This document shows, piece after piece, positions 55,945 through 60,903 of a stretch of DNA of 60,903 bases; positions within the stretch are counted from its first letter, which is position 1; each line of letters starts with the position of its first letter. Where the stretch lies: contig JBPCWO010000242.1 in NCBI GenBank assembly GCA_051009475.1, forward strand, positions 1-60,903, written 5' to 3'. Below the pieces are notes generated by a model that was not told the origin of the DNA, did no database searches, and was given only the letters and a program-made list of their open reading frames with translations. This stretch comes from Boseongicola sp. (lineage in GTDB: Bacteria; Pseudomonadota; Alphaproteobacteria; Rhodobacterales; Rhodobacteraceae). The translations under genes and the position numbers were made by a program.

Positions 55945-57522
55945 TCAATCAACGGAACGGGCCAGCGGCTGCGACAGCATCCATTCTTCAAGTTCCGCAA
56001 TCTCTTCTTTGGTCATGCGTAATCCGAGTTTCGAGCGGCGCCAGACGATATCTTCAGCATTGCGAGCAAATTCCTTTTGCATCAACCATGTGACTTCGGC
56101 CTCTGTCAGCGTGGCGCCAAATCCAACTCCAAGATCCTCTTCGTGCTTTGCGTCCGCGAGAATGTTGCGAGCGTCGGTGCCGTATGCGCGAATTAGGCGG
56201 AGTGCCCAAGTGCGATCCATGAACGGGAACTCTGTGAGAAGTCCGTCTACTTGCGCTGCGACGCCATCGACCGGGAAGTCACCACCTGGCAATGGCACAC
56301 CGGCCGTCCAGCTTTGTGTCGCGTCCGGAAAGTAAGGCGCGAGCCGCTTCAAAACGCCTTCGGCCAGTTTGCGGTAAGTAGTTATCTTGCCGCCAAAGAT
56401 GCTCAGGATAGGCGGCCCATTTTGGTTGAGTGACAGAACATAGTCTCTCGTTGCTGCTGTCGCCGACTTTGAGCCATCAGCATAAAGCGGGCGAACGCCG
56501 GAGTACGACCAGGCAATATCTTTGCGCGAAATCTGCCGCTTGAAATACCGGTTGGCGAGCGTCAGCAGATAGTCCGCCTCTTCGTCAGTGCAAGTCGCAT
56601 TAGCCGGATCCGACTGGAACTCCGTTTCAGTTGTTCCGATCAGTGTGAAGTCAGTCTCATACGGGATCGCGAAGATTATTCTGCCGTCTTCGCCCTGGAA
56701 AAAGTAACATTTGCCGTGCTCGAAAAGGCTTTTGGTCACGATGTGACTGCCTTGGACAAGCCGGATCCCTTTGGTGGTATTGATACGCGCAACGCCTTTG
56801 ACGATGTCTTCAACCCACGGGCCACCTGCATTTACGAGCGCCCTTGCCAGGTGTGTTCGGCGTTCGCCCGTCGCTTCATTTTCGGTTTCAATCCGCCATA
56901 GAACACCGTCGCGTACCGCCGAGATGACTTTTGTGCGCACTAATATTTCGGCACCTCGATCAGCCGCGTCGCGCGCGTTCAGAACAACAAGCCGGGCGTC
57001 CTCGACCCAGCAATCGGAATATTCGAAAGCCTGTTCGAACTTGTCGTCAAGCGGCGCACCGGCAGCGTCAACCCCAAGGTCAAGCGTAGTTGTCCCTGGA
57101 AGAATGCCGCGGCCACCAAGATGATCGTAAAGAAAAAGACCAAGCCGGATCATCCAAGCAGGACGTCGCCCCTTCGCCCAAGGCATAAGAAAACTCAATA
57201 ATCGGGAAGCCGGCGTTGACGTCTCGAACCGCATGTCTTGGTGGTAGGGCAACACAAACCGCATCGGCCAAGATATATGCGGCATTGCCTTCAAAAGCGT
57301 TTCGCGTTCGATCAGGGCTTTTTTGACTAATTTTATCTCGAAGTATTCGAGATACCGGAGCCCACCGTGAAAAAGCTTGGTCGAAGCGGAAGAGGTTGCC
57401 GAGGCCAAATCGTTCATTTCAGCAAGCGTCACTTGAAGGCCCCGACCCTGGGCGTCACGCGCGATCCCAGCACCATTGATCCCACCGCCAATAATGAACA
57501 AATCGTTGATTTGGTCGGGCAT
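55945..57522 (-). CDS. glpD: Aerobic glycerol-3-phosphate dehydrogenase
   Basis: DLFIIGGGINGAGIARD FAD fold, ...KLFHGGLRYLE..., 525 aa. Upstream of glpK. Confidence 0.92.
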   Translation of the reverse strand: MPDQINDLFIIGGGINGAGIARDAQGRGLQVTLAEMNDLASATSSASTKLFHGGLRYLEYFEIKLVKKALIERETLLKAMPHISWPMRFVLPYHQDMRFETSTPASRLLSFLMPWAKGRRPAWMIRLGLFLYDHLGGRGILPGTTTLDLGVDAAGAPLDDKFEQAFEYSDCWVEDARLVVLNARDAADRGAEILVRTKVISAVRDGVLWRIETENEATGERRTHLARALVNAGGPWVEDIVKGVARINTTKGIRLVQGSHIVTKSLFEHGKCYFFQGEDGRIIFAIPYETDFTLIGTTETEFQSDPANATCTDEEADYLLTLANRYFKRQISRKDIAWSYSGVRPLYADGSKSATAATRDYVLSLNQNGPPILSIFGGKITTYRKLAEGVLKRLAPYFPDATQSWTAGVPLPGGDFPVDGVAAQVDGLLTEFPFMDRTWALRLIRAYGTDARNILADAKHEEDLGVGFGATLTEAEVTWLMQKEFARNAEDIVWRRSKLGLRMTKEEIAELEEWMLSQPLARSVD

Positions 57523-57665
57523 TTCGGCTCCAAAGAAATTTTGTTCGACTTATTCGGTTTGGGCGGAATGCGAAAGGCAGCCGACTCCTTTGCTTTGCAA
57601 TCCGGAAGATACCGCCTTTTCAGAATCCGGAAGCGCGCTAAGGTGATCGGAAAAGGAACCGCTCG

Positions 57666-58496
57666 ATGTTACGCTTTGCCATTTGCTTGTTCGTTCTGTT
57701 CACATCCGCTGCTACGGCTCAGGATCGCGGACCAAGTCACTGCATCGCTGTCGCAGACGCTGCACCGGGGCTGGCATATATCCAAGCAGTTGCCTGGCGT
57801 GATCCGCTCGAGGACGAGTTCACGGTGCGACTGAGCTACATCGATCATTCCATGTATTTGATCCAGACGCACGGCGGGGTCAGCGCCGTTACCGATTATA
57901 CCGGCTTTATCGGTGCAACGACATTGGTGCCTGACATAGTGACGATGAACAATGCGCACGACAGCCACTGGACGCCGTTTCCTGCTCGCGAAATCCCCCA
58001 TGTCCTGCAGGGGTGGCGCCAAAGTGGGATACCTGCTGAATACTATCTCGATCTGGGTGAGATATTGATTCGCAATGTAACCACCGACATCCGCGACCGG
58101 TTCGGAGGCGGAACCCGGATCAAGGACAACAATTCGATTTTTGTGTTCGAAGTTGGAGGTCTGTGTATTGGGCATCTTGGCCACCTTCATCATGAACCCA
58201 CAGATGAACAATACGCGGCGTTGGGTCGACTAGACGTGGTAATGGCGGCGGTTGATGGCGGCCTGACCGTGGACACGCCGACGATGATTCGAATTGTCAA
58301 ACGGCTGAAATCTTCGATCGTTTTGCCGATGCACTGGTTCTCGCGCAATTCGCTCGACGTTTTCATTGGCGGTGTAGCTGGGGAATTTGCGATAGACCGT
58401 CGCCCGGACAGCGAAATCGAAATCTCGCTTCGGACTTTGCCGACGCGTCCGACGGTAATTGTCTTGCAGCCGCGATATCTAACCACCGCAGATTGA
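57666..58496 (+). CDS. Secreted MBL-fold (COG2220-like) hydrolase with a non-canonical metal motif
   Basis: Signal peptide MLRFAICLFVLFTSAATA. IDHSMYLIQTHGGVSAVTD, DIVTMNNAHDSHW in place of the D..l.THxHxDH motif, and VLPMHW near the end. Confidence 0.65.
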   Translation: MLRFAICLFVLFTSAATAQDRGPSHCIAVADAAPGLAYIQAVAWRDPLEDEFTVRLSYIDHSMYLIQTHGGVSAVTDYTGFIGATTLVPDIVTMNNAHDSHWTPFPAREIPHVLQGWRQSGIPAEYYLDLGEILIRNVTTDIRDRFGGGTRIKDNNSIFVFEVGGLCIGHLGHLHHEPTDEQYAALGRLDVVMAAVDGGLTVDTPTMIRIVKRLKSSIVLPMHWFSRNSLDVFIGGVAGEFAIDRRPDSEIEISLRTLPTRPTVIVLQPRYLTTAD

Positions 58497-59950
58497 CACC
58501 ACGCTTTGCACGCAGCAACGTCCCGGCCATGCTGAAACCCTTTAACGACACTCTGGCCGAGGAATTGAATCGGCGACTTCCTGAATTGCCGTTGAAGCGC
58601 GCTGAAAAGCGTTATCTGGAGGAGCCGCGCGGGAAATTCAGTGCCCAGCCTACGTTTGTTGCCAAACCATTGTCGACAGAAATGGTCGCTGAAGTAATTC
58701 GATTTGCCTGCAGTGTTCCAATTGGAATTCAACCATACGGTGGTGGAACCGGGCTTGTTGGCGGACAGGTAACGCCCAACGGTCCCACGCCACTTATCCT
58801 GTCGCTCGAAAATCTCAACGCAATTCGTGAGATTTACCGAAGCGAGCGCGCCTTAGTTGCCGAGGCCGGTGCCACCATCGCCGAAATTCAAGCCGCAGCG
58901 GATGATGCCGGCGTTCTATTTCCGCTCAGCTACGGTAGTCAGGAAAGCGCGCAGATTGGCGCCGGTCTGAGCGTCAATTCAGGCGGCCTGAATGTACTCC
59001 GTTACGGCATGGCGCGCGACCTTTGTCTTGGGATGGAGGCAGTGCTGCCGGATGGCAGCATCCACCATGGACTCAAGCGATTGCGAAAAGACAACACAGG
59101 CTATGATCTTCGCAATTTGCTGATTGGCGCTGAAGGCACGCTCGGGATCATTACGGCAGCTTCGCTCAAGCTTGTAGCGAGGCCAGCGCATACCGCGACG
59201 GCTTTTCTGACTGTATCCAACCCCAAAGCCGCGCTTGAACTCCTTCAACGCCTTTTCGACCAGGCAGGTGAAGTTGTTTCCGCGTTCGAACTGATATCCG
59301 GCACCGGACTTCGCTTTTTAAAAGACACTCACTCCGAAGTCCGCCAGCCGTTTGCTTCGCTTCCCGATTGGTCGGTTTTGGTCGAGATCGGCACACCTGC
59401 ATCAACGGACCCTGACAATGTTCTAGAAGATCTTTTCGAGACGGCGATTAACGACCAACTCGTCCATGATGGTCTGATCGCTCAAAGCGGCCAACAGCGC
59501 GATGAAATGTGGACCGTTCGGGAGATGATTCCTGCCGCCAACCGAGCCGTCCGGCCGGTCGCTAGCCACGATATTTCGCTGCCACTTTCGATCATTCCGC
59601 ATTTCATCGAATCTGCTGGGGCTGCCATCAATGCCATAGCACCGTTCCAAATTAACGCATTTGGGCACCTTGGCGATGGGAACCTTCACTATAATGTTTT
59701 CCCACCTGCGGGTCAGAAATCGTCAGAGTTTGCGAAGTTCGCACCGGAAATCACCCGTCTTGTGCATGATCTGACAGTCGAAAATGGTGGCAGTTTTAGC
59801 GCCGAACACGGAGTTGGCCGAATGAAGGTCGAGGAGCTTGAGCGCTATGGGGACCCGGCAAAACTTGCTGTAATGCGCAAGATAAAGACGGCACTTGATC
59901 CGCTTGGCATCATGAATCCGGGCGCGGTAATTCCCTACGCTGCAAACTAA
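58493..59950 (+). CDS. FAD-binding oxidoreductase (GlcD / D-2-hydroxyacid dehydrogenase-like)
   Basis: PCMH-type FAD-binding pattern (QPYGGGTGLVGG...; KDNTGYDL..L.IGAEGTLGIIT) and C-terminal SAEHGVGRMK. Start is TTG 58493 (TTGA overlap) or ATG 58529. Confidence 0.85.
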   Translation: MTPRFARSNVPAMLKPFNDTLAEELNRRLPELPLKRAEKRYLEEPRGKFSAQPTFVAKPLSTEMVAEVIRFACSVPIGIQPYGGGTGLVGGQVTPNGPTPLILSLENLNAIREIYRSERALVAEAGATIAEIQAAADDAGVLFPLSYGSQESAQIGAGLSVNSGGLNVLRYGMARDLCLGMEAVLPDGSIHHGLKRLRKDNTGYDLRNLLIGAEGTLGIITAASLKLVARPAHTATAFLTVSNPKAALELLQRLFDQAGEVVSAFELISGTGLRFLKDTHSEVRQPFASLPDWSVLVEIGTPASTDPDNVLEDLFETAINDQLVHDGLIAQSGQQRDEMWTVREMIPAANRAVRPVASHDISLPLSIIPHFIESAGAAINAIAPFQINAFGHLGDGNLHYNVFPPAGQKSSEFAKFAPEITRLVHDLTVENGGSFSAEHGVGRMKVEELERYGDPAKLAVMRKIKTALDPLGIMNPGAVIPYAAN

Positions 59951-59963
59951 CAGTCAGGGATAA

Positions 59964-59998
59964 AACAAAACCCCGTCGGGGTCCCGACAGGGTTTGTA
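59964..59998. terminator. Hairpin between convergent genes (probable shared terminator)
   Basis: ACAAAACCCCGTCGGG / GTC / CCGACAGGGTTTGT is an imperfect 14-bp stem. The flanks are A-rich on the left and T-containing on the right. Confidence 0.55.
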
Positions 59999-60077
59999 CT
60001 CGTTCATGGTACGGCGCTTGCAAGCAAAGCCATATTGCCAATTGATTCCTAAATTAACCTTAATACCGCTATGCAAA

Positions 60078-60620
60078 TCACGCCCCTTCGAATTCGCAGA
60101 GCGTGTGAACTTCCATGCCAAGTGCTTCTAGTTTCTGCCGGCCGCCAAGCTCGGGCAAGTCAATTATGAAAGCGCATCCAATAATATCGCCGCCCATCTG
60201 CTCGATTAGTTTGATACCCGCTTCGGCCGTTCCACCCGTGGCAAGCAGATCGTCTACGACTAAGACTTTCTCGCCCGCTTTCACGGCGTCATCGTGCACT
60301 TCCATAATCGCGTCACCGTATTCGAGTTTGTAGTCCTGACTGAGTGTTTTGCCCGGCAGTTTGCCCTTTTTTCGGACAGGTACAAATCCAACCGACAACT
60401 GGTGCGCAATCGCGCCTCCGATAATGAAACCGCGCGCTTCAAGGCCAATAACCTTGTCGATCCGTTCGCCAGCATACGGGTGAAGCAATTGATCAACGCA
60501 TATTCGGAACCCACGCGCGTCCGCGAACAGAGTTGTCACGTCTCGAAACATGATGCCTTCGTGTGGAAAATCTACAATAGTTCGAATGTAGTCTTTGACG
60601 GTCTTCTTACGATGATCCAT
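60078..60620 (-). CDS. apt: Adenine phosphoribosyltransferase
   Basis: [24 protein letters not shown] and the PRPP motif [14 protein letters not shown]. Confidence 0.95.
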   Translation of the reverse strand: MDHRKKTVKDYIRTIVDFPHEGIMFRDVTTLFADARGFRICVDQLLHPYAGERIDKVIGLEARGFIIGGAIAHQLSVGFVPVRKKGKLPGKTLSQDYKLEYGDAIMEVHDDAVKAGEKVLVVDDLLATGGTAEAGIKLIEQMGGDIIGCAFIIDLPELGGRQKLEALGMEVHTLCEFEGA

Positions 60621-60670
60621 TGAGCACCCTATCTAAGATAGCCAGGGCATCTGAACGACTTGGAAGAGTA

Positions 60671-60903
60671 ATGGCAAGCGACACTGACGACGAGACGCCC
60701 CGAACTTCCAGACGCAACTTGGTCGTTGGCGCGTTGACGCTGGGGACCGTCGCGGGCGGCTGGCAGCTTTGGGTGCACAGGCCGCGCGATTTTGAATTCC
60801 GGCCAATTGAGGGTTTGCCTGGGTGGAGATTGCTGGAATTCGACGGCGTTTCAGCGCCAAGTTCGGGTGTCGCAGGTGCCGCATTCCTGGGCCTGGGCAG
60901 TGG
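60671..60903 (+). CDS. 5' part of a CDS leaving the window; hypothetical protein with N-terminal Arg-Arg + hydrophobic segment
   Basis: GGAAGAG then ATG 60671, open to the window end: MASDTDDETPRTSRRNLVVGALTLGTVAGGWQLWVHRP... Not in the ORF track because there is no stop. The antisense 83-aa track ORF (60633-60884) is Arg/Pro-rich and less plausible. Confidence 0.45.
   Translation, partial: MASDTDDETPRTSRRNLVVGALTLGTVAGGWQLWVHRPRDFEFRPIEGLPGWRLLEFDGVSAPSSGVAGAAFLGLGS

Overview
This 60.9 kb window looks like a dense chromosomal segment from an alphaproteobacterium, probably Rhodobacterales-like. The taxonomic cues are a split F0 ATP-synthase operon atpI-a-c-b'-b, phaR, a Rhodobacter-type porin, DUF3576-leuS-lptE-holA, pmbA-IMPase-DUF4170-kdtA-lpxK, tamAB and DUF721/mutY. 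I support about 60 protein genes, and most are housekeeping: ribosomal proteins and rRNA/tRNA modification, ATP synthase F0, LPS/Kdo and outer-membrane biogenesis, leuS, holA, mutY, glpKD-pgm and apt. I found no rRNA, tRNA, CRISPR array, IS/transposase, integrase, phage gene or recognisable defence gene. I do not see a convincing multi-gene novel system. The best leads are single loci or small non-coding signals. (1) A secreted caspase-fold protein contains no Cys at all and is fused to two peptidoglycan-binding domains (7794-9455). (2) A 1.4 kb insertion carrying an uncharacterised membrane protein splits the normally contiguous trmD-rplS operon (1530-3040). (3) An AT-richer TPR-sulfotransferase gene is translationally coupled to yggS and lies next to the porin gene (19203-21371). 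(4) Two short ORFs below the track cutoff have strong Shine-Dalgarno sites (5526-5606; 51455-51517). (5) A perfect CTGC-N3-GCAG palindrome lies upstream of phaR. Several track ORF starts were trimmed to SD-supported starts. All family assignments come from motif recognition by eye and need HMM/BLAST confirmation.
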